Source: a virus (lineage: Duplodnaviria; Caudoviricetes). Taken from it: a DNA stretch of 28,937 nucleotides. The notes below the pieces were generated by a model, which saw nothing but the letters and a program-made list of their open reading frames with translations, did no database searches and was not told the origin of the DNA. A program made the position numbers and the translations under genes. The DNA is taken from positions 1 to 28,937 of IMG/VR virus record IMGVR_UViG_3300049135_000018; one strand, 5' to 3'. Positions 1-7,780 of this stretch are shown piece by piece; within the stretch, counting starts at the first letter, position 1, and every line of letters begins with the position of its first letter.

Positions 1-1
1 G

Positions 2-472
2 ACGGCTGCCATGGCGCGGCGGCAGGCTCGGCGCGGTGAGGGCGCTCGCTGGGCTGCTGCTGCTGGCCGGATGCGCGGGCGCCGAGCCCGGCAGCCGCAC
101 GCCCGATGCCCGCTTCATCCCCTCAAGGTCGGCATCCATGCGGATTACCCGGTCCCGCAGCGCGTTCATCGCCGCATCGAGCGCCGCATCGCGCGCCTTG
201 GCATCGGCGATCTCGCGGTCGGTCACGTCGAGCCGGGCATAGAGCGCCGGCAGCAACCGCACCTCGGTCGTCAGCCCGGCAACCCCGCCCTCGACCCGCG
301 CCACGCTGCTGGAGAGGTTGGCGAGCTGCACGGCCATGGCCTTGGTGTCGCTATCGCTGCGGCTGAAATACAGCACCAGGCCAACGATAGCGGTGGCGAG
401 GACGACCATCTCGCCGACGCCGATCTCGCGCTTGACCGTCAGCCCGACTACGCCGCTCATGGTGATGTCCAT
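2..472 (-). CDS. Membrane-anchored coiled-coil protein, possibly holin/lysis-associated; 3' end runs off the window
   Basis: My own translation (not in the ORF track because there is no stop): MDITMSGVVGLTVKREIGVGEMVVLATAIVGLVLYFSRSDSDTKAMAVQLANLSSSVARVEGG... One TM helix followed by a heptad-like helix; located after the tail genes. Confidence 0.6.
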   Translation of the reverse strand, partial: MDITMSGVVGLTVKREIGVGEMVVLATAIVGLVLYFSRSDSDTKAMAVQLANLSSSVARVEGGVAGLTTEVRLLPALYARLDVTDREIADAKARDAALDAAMNALRDRVIRMDADLEGMKRASGVRLPGSAPAHPASSSSPASALTAPSLPPRHGSR

Positions 473-535
473 GCGCGTGGAAGGCTTTGGCTATTGGCCA
501 TCGGGTGATCTCCGGTGGGGTGTGGTGGGGCGCAG

Positions 536-766
536 CTAGTCGCGGTCGAGTAAGCCGCGCTCGTCATGCCAGAGCCATGCCGTGTGGCAGTGGCCGGGAT
601 CTCGGTTAATCCGATCTATGACCACGACGCGCACGGTTCCGATGCGCGAGCCGAGCCGGTGCATTTCCCAACTCCACGCAGAAAGCGTGCAGTCACCCTC
701 GCCGCCAGCCACCGCATTGGCGAGCCTGGACAACGCGCGGCCAACCTGCCGCAGCCAGTACGTCAA
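536..766 (-). CDS. Small phage hypothetical protein
   Basis: 76 aa ORF; its TTG start overlaps the upstream stop (TTGA coupling). Confidence 0.65.
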   Translation of the reverse strand: MTYWLRQVGRALSRLANAVAGGEGDCTLSAWSWEMHRLGSRIGTVRVVVIDRINRDPGHCHTAWLWHDERGLLDRD

Positions 767-1167
767 GCAGTCGGCCAGGCGATCTGCTGCGCTGCCCGTA
801 CCGCGGCAACGCTGTTCGCGGCGTCAATCTGCATCTTCGCAGTGCGCCGCAATTCCTTGATGTAGCTGCCGACCGCACGCCATGCAGCGGCCTGTGCATC
901 CACTTCCGCCGCGACTTCTGCCAGTGTCGGCGTTCCGCCCGTGGCGACGAGTGCGTTTAACTCAGCGACAAGGAACGGGTAGTTGGCCGGGTCAGGTGAT
1001 GAATCTGCGAGGTACGCCCGAGCCTCGGCCTCGCCCGACTGATATTCCATGGCTTGCCCCGCGCCGGGCGTGATGAACTGAAGCCGGGCAACTTCGGCCG
1101 CCTCATCCACCGCGATGATAGCCGCAGCCTTCACCGCTTCAAGCGACGGCCCGAGATCAAGTCGCAT
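763..1167 (-). CDS. Tail fibre assembly-like protein (DUF4376-like)
   Basis: LEAVKAAAIIAVDEAAEVARLQFITPGAGQAMEY...AAQQIAWP pattern; downstream of tail-tip genes. Confidence 0.65.
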   Translation of the reverse strand: MRLDLGPSLEAVKAAAIIAVDEAAEVARLQFITPGAGQAMEYQSGEAEARAYLADSSPDPANYPFLVAELNALVATGGTPTLAEVAAEVDAQAAAWRAVGSYIKELRRTAKMQIDAANSVAAVRAAQQIAWPTA

Positions 1168-1591
1168 GGATCACCACCGTCTCGCTGCTGTATTGCGGCT
1201 CGCTGGCGACCGTCACATTGATCGCGCCTGGCGTGGTGGCGGTGAGTGTCAGGCTGCCGCCAGTGACATCCCCAGGCCCCCAGGACACAGCACCGCTGAT
1301 GGTGACGCTGCACGGGTCCGGCAGGCCGGTGATGGTCGCCTCGTCAACGCCGTCCGCCGTGATGGTCGTGGAGGACACCGCCAGCGCCATGGCGTCACGC
1401 GCAACCACCACGCCGTTCAGCAGCCGGTATCCGCCGATGTTGGCGAGGATCGCATCATGCGTGCCCGCGCCAACAACGGCGATGCTGCCGCCTGGGATGA
1501 GTGGCACCTGATAGCCCAGCGTCTCGGCGGCACAAGATCCGGCGCCACGGACGCCGCCGAGCGCATCGCATATCGCAAAGAAGGCCATCAT
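1157..1591 (-). CDS. Tail-associated protein with Ig-like beta-rich C-terminus
   Basis: TITADGVDEATITGLP...LTLTATTPGAINVTV; coupled overlaps with neighbouring genes. Confidence 0.6.
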   Translation of the reverse strand: MMAFFAICDALGGVRGAGSCAAETLGYQVPLIPGGSIAVVGAGTHDAILANIGGYRLLNGVVVARDAMALAVSSTTITADGVDEATITGLPDPCSVTISGAVSWGPGDVTGGSLTLTATTPGAINVTVASEPQYSSETVVIHAT

Positions 1592-1839
1592 CGCTTGGCA
1601 CCAATGATGGATATGCGGGAAGTGTCGTTGATTTTCATATTAAAGACGCCGGAGAACCGTCCGATGAACATCCAGATTTGATATTGGTATGTTCGCCCCG
1701 GTATCAGTTGCTCCGAGTAGGCCATGCCGGTCCCGATGAAAGTCAGCCCGAACCAGTGATCTAGTGTCTCGTCGTAGCGGGCCAGCATCCAGCCCGCCTT
1801 GTAGTCCATGTCGCCGGGCGGGTACGAGAAAGTAGCCAT
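1588..1839 (-). CDS. Small tail-tip-associated protein resembling a detached C-terminal strand set of J
   Basis: 83 aa ending ISIIGAKR; in frame with the upstream tail-tip gene; GGAG RBS upstream of its ATG. Confidence 0.65.
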   Translation of the reverse strand: MATFSYPPGDMDYKAGWMLARYDETLDHWFGLTFIGTGMAYSEQLIPGRTYQYQIWMFIGRFSGVFNMKINDTSRISIIGAKR

Positions 1840-1842
1840 GCG

Positions 1843-4800
1843 TTAGCTCCCCCCTTCGGGTGATACGTAGGTTTCGCCGGGCGATAAGCTGTAGCTAACG
1901 CCAGGCGTGGCCATGACGATCACCCGTCCATCGGAGTTGCCCGGCACCGTCACGGTCAGCCCCACCACGCCCTGGATAACGTTGTGCGTATCTTGGCGAG
2001 GCACGGTGATGTTGTTGTGTTGCGAAATAGCACTGATGTCGGTGATGGCATTGCCGGTTATCTTCTCGGTGCCGACGATCAGATCCTTCACTTGGATGCT
2101 CTGCGAGATGATTTCCTCGGCCGCCAGGTGCGTGGCCTTGATCTCGCCGGCGACAATCTGCTCTGCCCGGATCGCGCCCGCCGCCACCTTGCCAAAGGTT
2201 ACGCTGTTGGCGGCCAGTTTGTCCGTGGTGATGGCATTGGCCGCGATTACCTCGGCCTGCACGCTGTTGGTCCGCAACTGCCCGCCACTGATCTCCGTGA
2301 CACCGCCAGGCGTCCAGTCTGCCACCTCCGTCGCGTTGGCCGGCGCACGGCCGATCATCGTCTTGGAGAAGAACAGGTAGGGGTCGTTCTGCGACGTACC
2401 CGTCATCACCAACCGCAGCACCGCCAGCACCGCCGTGGCCGGGACGGTGCCGATGATGGAGTGGGAGGCAAAGGCATTATCTTCCGTGCCACCGAGCGGT
2501 GATGTCGTTGGCGTGCTGGACAGGCCGCCGACCTGAGCAAAGAAGCCGTCCAGGAAAACGACGTCCAGCCGCCCCGAGCATCGGTGCGTGCCGAGTAGTG
2601 CCCTCGCCTGGATCTTCTCGCCAGCCACCACCGGGATGCCGGGCTGCCCCGTGTCCGGCGTCCAGTCCGTGAACGCGCCCTGGCCCGAGTTGATCGCGCT
2701 TGGTACATGGAGATACCCGCCGCCGATTGCGCGCGGCACCCAGGTTTGCAGCCCATTTGCCAGCGCAGAACCGAGCGTCGCGGACGGAGAACCGCCGTAC
2801 TGCGACGCCACCCACCCGTCCGTGGCCCGAGTGAGACAGCTATTCCAGATCAGGTTGCCGCCTCCGACCGATAGCTTTTCGGTCGTCACCGCGCCGCCCG
2901 CAATCTTCCCTGCCACGACCGACCCGGCGGCCAGCTTCGGTGTCGAGATTGCGCCGTCAGTAATCTGAGTATCGGTGATCTGCCCGGCAAGTTTCGCCGC
3001 CGCCAAACTTTCGATCTGGTCAGAAGTCAGCGTACCGCCCGGCCCAAGCGCCTGCACGGTCGGCACCCACTGACCACCGACGCGGGTATAAAGCCTGTTG
3101 TCCAGCGCGTTGACCGCAACCGTCCCGTCATCGGCAACAGCCGACAGGTTCGGAATAATCACAACCGGCTTGATGCCTTGGGCGAACTTGGCCGTGTTGA
3201 TGATGCCGTCGCCTATGTCATCGACCAGCAGGACGCTGGACGTTGCGTTGACCGGCCCGACATAGGCCGACAGGTTGCCGCTTCGGTCACGCGACCGCAG
3301 CCAGTACCAACGCTGCGTGGATGGCGGCAGGCCGGTGCGGATGAACCCGCTGCCAGATGACTGCCCGACATAGTATCGGCCGGAAGTGCTGTTTATCGTG
3401 TTTTCGTACACCTCCACCGCCGCGAAATCGAGCGCGGTTGGCAGCGTCCATGAGAGACTGACACCACGCAGGATGCCGGTCGCGGTGATGAGGGTCGGGA
3501 GGCCCGGCGCCTCGGTGTCGGGTGCGCCTGTACCATCAACCGCGGCCGTCCACTGGCTGCGGGCAAGCGATGCCACGGCACGAACGCGCACGTTGTAGGT
3601 CGTGCCAACCATCACAGGCGAGATCAGCGCGCGGTTCGTATCCGCGTTGACCTGTATCGTGTTCCAGTCGCCGTCGCCGCCGCCACTCACGCGCCACGCC
3701 ACTTCATGCGCGGTCACAAAGGCATGGCTGGACGGCACCCACTCAATCAGCAGGGCCGGCACAACCGCACCGTCACCCTGAAGCGCAGTGGACGGCGAGA
3801 CGGTCACGCCAGTCGGCGCAGGAATGTCAATCGGGCTGATGAGCGTATTTTCGGGGTTGTCGCCGTCGGGGATGAACTTGTCATATAGCCACGCATAGGC
3901 CGCAGCGACTTCCTCTTGTAGCGTCGCAGTGACGGCCGCGCTTGTCGGGTCGATCTCAAACGCGGTGATGCGGAATGCTTTGTTGGACCAGCCGAGATCC
4001 GGCACGGTCAGGCTCACCACCTGCCAGCAGCAGAGCGAAACCCACTCGTAGCGCAACGGAACCTTGACGACGACCGGGTTGCGCGAACGCAGCAGCATCT
4101 GCCGCGCAAGCCGCTGCGCCTGTGTGCGATCCGTGACGAACGGCAGGTCGATCTGCTTAGGCTGCTCGCCACCGTCGGCAGCAACCGCGGCATCGTCGCG
4201 CATCTGGCCGAACTCTGCGGCCTGGTAGAAATTTTCGGGCGAGACGAACGTGCCGCCGATGACATTAAACATCTCGGCACGCGGCGGACGCGTCTGCACC
4301 TGTATCGGCCCGGCCGGGTCGGACAGGTCTAGCGAGGCAGACGGCGCCGTGTACGCGCCGCCATAGAGCCGATATTGGCCCATGATGTAGACTAGTGAGC
4401 CAGCACCAGCCGACAGCATAGCTTCGGAAATGTCTATGGGCTTTTCGTCCAGCCCAAACGAGCCGTTCAGCCTGTAGCGCGGCTGCGCCTCGGTGCCGGC
4501 TTCGTTCAGCGAAACGGCCTCATCAGACAGATTAGCAGCCGCGATAAAGCTGGCATCGTCAATCTCGGCGGCCGTCGCATCCATACCGAATGGTGAGGTG
4601 AGATAATCGCGGACGCAGAGCGCCCAGTTGTCCGTCCAGCCGGCGATGCCGGTACGCGGGTCAACGATGTCCTTCTTGCCGCGGACCAGCGCGGTAACGT
4701 TCGGGACACCCGAGAATGTGTTGCGGCTGTAGTACAGGCTCACGCGAATGTAAGTGCAGCCGCGGAGAACGTGGGCACCAGACCAGCCATCCGGGGAAAC

Positions 4801-5277
4801 GCCAGCAAGGCCAAGGTCGCCCTCGGTCTGGTCGCCCAGGAACTTCGTGATGGCGACTTGGTTTGCGTACTTCCCAACCGTGACGGCGCCCGTCACAGGG
4901 TCAACCGGCACCTCATCCTCGTTGATCCAGAACCGGTCAATGGACTCGCACGGGTGCCCCGCGAGCACGATCACCATATAAAGCTGCGCCTGATCGGGAC
5001 CAGCCGAACACACGTAAACAATCGAGCCGCCAACGCGAGCCGTGCCATAGATGACACGGCGAGGCGCGATGGGCGCGCGAATGGATTGCTTGTTGTCTGC
5101 CGCCTTGCTGGCGCTGGTCGCCTTGGCGGGCCTGTTCAATCCCAAGGCCGCGCTGATGCCGTAGGAAACGACTGCGCCAACCACAGCGCCGATGATGGTG
5201 CCTGCGACGCCGCCGATTGCGGCGCTTACGGCAGCGGATGCGGCGAAGGCCACAACGGCGACGACCAGTGCGGGCAT
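1843..5277 (-). CDS. Central tail-tip / host-specificity protein (lambda J-like) with FN3 domains
   Basis: PRRVIYGTARVGG, NWALCVRDYL, FN3-like YNVRVRAV and WYWLRSRDRSGNLS, AITTDKLAANSV repeats, carbohydrate-binding-like segment. Start chosen at MPALVV. Confidence 0.9.
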   Translation of the reverse strand: MPALVVAVVAFAASAAVSAAIGGVAGTIIGAVVGAVVSYGISAALGLNRPAKATSASKAADNKQSIRAPIAPRRVIYGTARVGGSIVYVCSAGPDQAQLYMVIVLAGHPCESIDRFWINEDEVPVDPVTGAVTVGKYANQVAITKFLGDQTEGDLGLAGVSPDGWSGAHVLRGCTYIRVSLYYSRNTFSGVPNVTALVRGKKDIVDPRTGIAGWTDNWALCVRDYLTSPFGMDATAAEIDDASFIAAANLSDEAVSLNEAGTEAQPRYRLNGSFGLDEKPIDISEAMLSAGAGSLVYIMGQYRLYGGAYTAPSASLDLSDPAGPIQVQTRPPRAEMFNVIGGTFVSPENFYQAAEFGQMRDDAAVAADGGEQPKQIDLPFVTDRTQAQRLARQMLLRSRNPVVVKVPLRYEWVSLCCWQVVSLTVPDLGWSNKAFRITAFEIDPTSAAVTATLQEEVAAAYAWLYDKFIPDGDNPENTLISPIDIPAPTGVTVSPSTALQGDGAVVPALLIEWVPSSHAFVTAHEVAWRVSGGGDGDWNTIQVNADTNRALISPVMVGTTYNVRVRAVASLARSQWTAAVDGTGAPDTEAPGLPTLITATGILRGVSLSWTLPTALDFAAVEVYENTINSTSGRYYVGQSSGSGFIRTGLPPSTQRWYWLRSRDRSGNLSAYVGPVNATSSVLLVDDIGDGIINTAKFAQGIKPVVIIPNLSAVADDGTVAVNALDNRLYTRVGGQWVPTVQALGPGGTLTSDQIESLAAAKLAGQITDTQITDGAISTPKLAAGSVVAGKIAGGAVTTEKLSVGGGNLIWNSCLTRATDGWVASQYGGSPSATLGSALANGLQTWVPRAIGGGYLHVPSAINSGQGAFTDWTPDTGQPGIPVVAGEKIQARALLGTHRCSGRLDVVFLDGFFAQVGGLSSTPTTSPLGGTEDNAFASHSIIGTVPATAVLAVLRLVMTGTSQNDPYLFFSKTMIGRAPANATEVADWTPGGVTEISGGQLRTNSVQAEVIAANAITTDKLAANSVTFGKVAAGAIRAEQIVAGEIKATHLAAEEIISQSIQVKDLIVGTEKITGNAITDISAISQHNNITVPRQDTHNVIQGVVGLTVTVPGNSDGRVIVMATPGVSYSLSPGETYVSPEGGS

Positions 5278-5355
5278 GCGTGATGCTCCCGGTCCCGCTG
5301 GCATTGCCTGCGGCGACGGTGATATGATCCCCGTTCGGAATGAACGGAGGATGCG

Positions 5356-5715
5356 ATGCGAGTTGTGGTGTTTGCTCTGATCGCCCTGGCCGGGTGCTCA
5401 AGCGCCACGTTGATTGACCCGCCAGATGGCGGCTACGCAGGCATTAAGGCCACTCGGCCCATGCGTGTGCCTCACGCCTTTTCAAGCGTGTGGGAGGTTC
5501 CCGTTGGGACGGTGCTTGTTGCTGATCGACGCAACAGCCAAGGGCTGCCCCTGTATTGCGGGCAAGTCTCCCTTGGAGATGCGGTTATTCGGCAGTCTGA
5601 GTTTGTCTGCGCCACATACAGAAATGGCGTGCTTGGCATGCGTGCCAATCAGGCGTTTTCCAGCCCACCTTTCGCAGTCCCACCCGGCGCCATCGAAGAA
5701 ATCCGCATACCCTAG
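5356..5715 (+). CDS. Lipoprotein (moron; possible superinfection-exclusion factor)
   Basis: MRVVVFALIALAGC lipobox; GGAGG RBS upstream; opposite strand to the structural operon. Confidence 0.75.
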   Translation: MRVVVFALIALAGCSSATLIDPPDGGYAGIKATRPMRVPHAFSSVWEVPVGTVLVADRRNSQGLPLYCGQVSLGDAVIRQSEFVCATYRNGVLGMRANQAFSSPPFAVPPGAIEEIRIP

Positions 5716-5720
5716 ACATG

Positions 5721-5750
5721 GAAAGGACGCCCCTTTCAGGACGCCCTTTC
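5721..5750 (-). terminator. 13-bp hairpin with GAAA tetraloop (3' end of the putative guide RNA; possibly a bidirectional terminator)
   Basis: Minus strand GAAAGGGCGTCCT-GAAA-GGGGCGTCCTTTC. The three non-Watson-Crick pairs are G.U on the minus-strand RNA. It lies between convergent genes. Confidence 0.7.
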
Positions 5751-5829
5751 ACCCCTGCCATACCTTGCCAAGCCGTGCCATGCCAAGCCGGAACACGCCT
5801 TGCCATGCCGAGGCCCGCCTCGGTTTACC
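5750..5829 (-). repeat. Phased pentamer array GGY-NN
   Basis: Minus strand: GGTAA ACCGA GGCGG GCCTC GGCAT GGCAA GGCGT GTTCC GGCTT GGCAT GGCAC GGCTT GGCAA GGTAT GGCAG GGGTG. Strict 5-nt register; 12 of 16 units start with GGY. Confidence 0.9.
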
Positions 5830-5834
5830 GACGG

Positions 5835-6404
5835 TCAGCTAGCGACTGAGAACCTCCCAAATCGCGGACGCCAATCGCCGATCCCTACTTGCTCTCCTGC
5901 CACGACCAGGAAGTTTCGCACGTCCCTGGCGTTCAGCAATGAGGGCAAAAACTTGACTTCGACAGATGCCGCCCACTCGTCGAAGTGAGGGCGGGTCCGC
6001 ATCACGCGGCCCGTTCCAACCTTTACGGCCACACGCAGGCGGAAGCGTTCATCTTCCCATAGTTCTTTAGGGTCGCGCGGCCCCACGTACTCCAATGTTG
6101 AGTTCCGCTCGACCAATAGCCCAGCTTTGGCGGCAGGTCCGCGCTTCTCTTTCATGGCGCCACGGATCATGGCTGCCTCAAGCATCTGCCATGGAATTAC
6201 CGGGCCATCTTTGTCCACGTAAAGCCCGCCCAGCCACTCCCGGCGAGCGACTTCCTCAAGGTCCGCGTCAGTCTTCTTCCGCTTGCCTGTGATCTCCGCC
6301 ACTGCCTTCGAAAAGCGATTCGCTGGGTCTGCCAACTGGCCGTTGTGGAACAGCACGGGACCCGCTCCGGTGATGCGGAAGGTCAAGGTCTGGTAGCCGC
6401 TCAC
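5835..6404 (-). CDS. Stand-alone RAMP/Cas7-like RNA-binding protein (Vipr-like)
   Basis: 189 aa from GTG with GGAGG RBS. RAMP-like motifs: first strand TLTFRITGAGPVLFHN, PVIPWQMLEAAM (cf. PxIPGSSLKG) and C-terminal G-rich loop GIGDWRPRFGRF. Confidence 0.75.
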   Translation of the reverse strand: MSGYQTLTFRITGAGPVLFHNGQLADPANRFSKAVAEITGKRKKTDADLEEVARREWLGGLYVDKDGPVIPWQMLEAAMIRGAMKEKRGPAAKAGLLVERNSTLEYVGPRDPKELWEDERFRLRVAVKVGTGRVMRTRPHFDEWAASVEVKFLPSLLNARDVRNFLVVAGEQVGIGDWRPRFGRFSVAS

Positions 6405-6693
6405 GCGCCACCTCCAAGGTTCCAAACCTGGGGGAATGTGCGGCGGCTATCATACTCACCCGTGCGTACCTCTCGCCCCGAAGCCGCGACGTAATCAGGT
6501 CGTGGCACTGGTTGCACACCGTCGTCAGCGCATCCAAGCAGTCCAAATCCCACCTGCCGCGCGGCGGATACCTTCGGTGGTGAACCTCCAACCCGTCCGG
6601 TGTGTCGCATAGCCGGCATGTCCCATCCCGCAAGAGCGCCTGCTGCCGAAGCATCCGCCATCCTGCGGACGCGATGTATTGCTCGTAGGTCAT
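6268..6693 (-). CDS. HNH-family (McrA-like) endonuclease
   Basis: YIASAGWRMLRQQALLRDGTCRLC...LEVHH...LTTVCNQCH: CxxC / HH / CxxCH zinc-HNH layout. Confidence 0.8.
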   Translation of the reverse strand: MTYEQYIASAGWRMLRQQALLRDGTCRLCDTPDGLEVHHRRYPPRGRWDLDCLDALTTVCNQCHDLITSRLRGERYARVSMIAAAHSPRFGTLEVARERLPDLDLPHHRSGSRAVPQRPVGRPSESLFEGSGGDHRQAEED

Positions 6694-6705
6694 TTTGAGG
6701 TCGCA

Positions 6706-7116
6706 CTATACGGCCACTTTTCCAGCCAGCGCCAGCACATCCCGCGCCAGCGAACACGCAACCGCGTCGCCCTCGTCCGGCGAGCCATCCTCGAAGTAGC
6801 TGTACTGATCCAGAACGAACGCGGCTTTCGCCCGGCAGCCCGCCATGGTCCGCGCTGGCGTGGCGGCAATTGCCGCCTGGTGTGCGTGTCCATGCGGTGC
6901 CAGGACATCACACTCCGCCAGGAGGCTGGCCGGCCAGCCGCCCGGCGTATCCATCCAAGGATCGGTCAGAGCATTCATGGCGGCGTCGTGCGCCTGGTAT
7001 GCGACGCAGAGGCCGATCAGTCGGGCATCCGGGTTGGCTGCGGCCGCAGACTGGCCACCCAAGGCGGCCAGCGTAGCAGCAGCGCCGGCCAGCGACCGGC
7101 GGGACAGGGCGGGCAT
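6706..7116 (-). CDS. Hypothetical protein with twin-arginine-like N-terminus
   Basis: MPALSRRSLAGAAATLAALGG...ATPARTMAGCRAKA; TGATG coupling to the BRO gene. Confidence 0.65.
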   Translation of the reverse strand: MPALSRRSLAGAAATLAALGGQSAAAANPDARLIGLCVAYQAHDAAMNALTDPWMDTPGGWPASLLAECDVLAPHGHAHQAAIAATPARTMAGCRAKAAFVLDQYSYFEDGSPDEGDAVACSLARDVLALAGKVAV

Positions 7117-7706
7117 CAGTGCGTCCCCTGCCCGTTCTGCATCGCCGGGCTGACGGTGATGGTGACGCTGCCCATGCCGGGCGGTGTCGGGCTGTCCAGA
7201 ATGTCGGTCTGGCGCAGCGCGTGCGCCATGGCCGGCACCCAATCCAGCCCGAGCTTCGCCCAGAGCTGCGCTCCGGCCCGCTCCCCGAAGGCGCGGATAG
7301 CGGTGTTCACCTTCCGCAGCTTCAGGCCATCAGGCGTCTGCGGCTCCATGTCCTCATCCGGCGCCGGCGCTTCGTATCCGCCGGTCTGGCGGATCGCCGG
7401 GAGGACCTCGCCGGTGACCCACTTGCGGAACCGATGAGCCACCGTGCCGGGCTTGGTCGCGTCCCGGCTTCGGAGAACCAGGGTGTAGAGGCCGCCCTCG
7501 GATACACAGTTGGCCTCGCCCTGACGCCCTATGTTGAACATAGCCCGTTCGTCGTCGTCTAGCGCCTCCGCCGCCTGGGTCGGGTTCTTGATCTCCAGCA
7601 CCCGGCAGACATCCGCTACTACGAACCACGGCGCGCTGTCCCGATCGACCACACGCACCATTGCTTCCCCCTCGAACAGGAAGGGGGTAATCTTCATCTC
7701 TGTCAT
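7116..7706 (-). CDS. BRO-N domain phage antirepressor
   Basis: PFLFEGEAMVRVV...PWFVVADVCRVLEI...SEGGLYTLVLRS...FRKWVTGEVLPAIRQTGGY. Confidence 0.93.
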   Translation of the reverse strand: MTEMKITPFLFEGEAMVRVVDRDSAPWFVVADVCRVLEIKNPTQAAEALDDDERAMFNIGRQGEANCVSEGGLYTLVLRSRDATKPGTVAHRFRKWVTGEVLPAIRQTGGYEAPAPDEDMEPQTPDGLKLRKVNTAIRAFGERAGAQLWAKLGLDWVPAMAHALRQTDILDSPTPPGMGSVTITVSPAMQNGQGTH

Positions 7707-7780
7707 CTGCTGAGTGTCCTCTCAGTTGATGGTGTAGGGCACGCCTGCCAGGGCGAGCCCGGTGTTAGCCGGCGGCGGGG

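Larger units (their letters stand above)
5721..5834 (-). ncRNA. Putative guide RNA for the adjacent Cas7-like protein (VIPR-like)
   Basis: Begins right after the stop codon with a small hairpin (TCGGT-AA-ACCGA), followed by the GGY-NN array and the GNRA hairpin. Transcription is inferred, not shown. Confidence 0.7.

Noticed and set aside
11-508. 165-aa plus-strand ORF
   Set aside because: Arg/His-rich shadow; the minus-strand frame gives a more protein-like TM plus coiled-coil product.
1588-2300. Diversity-generating retroelement target in the tail tip
   Set aside because: No reverse transcriptase and no template/variable repeat pair were seen in the window.
2100-3220. AITTDKLAANSV-type repeats in J
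   Set aside because: A common tail-fibre protein repeat, not a separate element.
5585-5806. 73-aa ORF MARRVPAWHGTAWQGMAG (and plus-strand ORF 5414-5842)
   Set aside because: These are translations of the pentamer array and overlap the lipoprotein gene; a 5-nt period does not fit a coding repeat.
5750-5829. Array as a canonical CRISPR or simple microsatellite
   Set aside because: There are no 25-40 bp repeats with spacers, and the NN positions are diverse rather than homogenised as slippage would produce.
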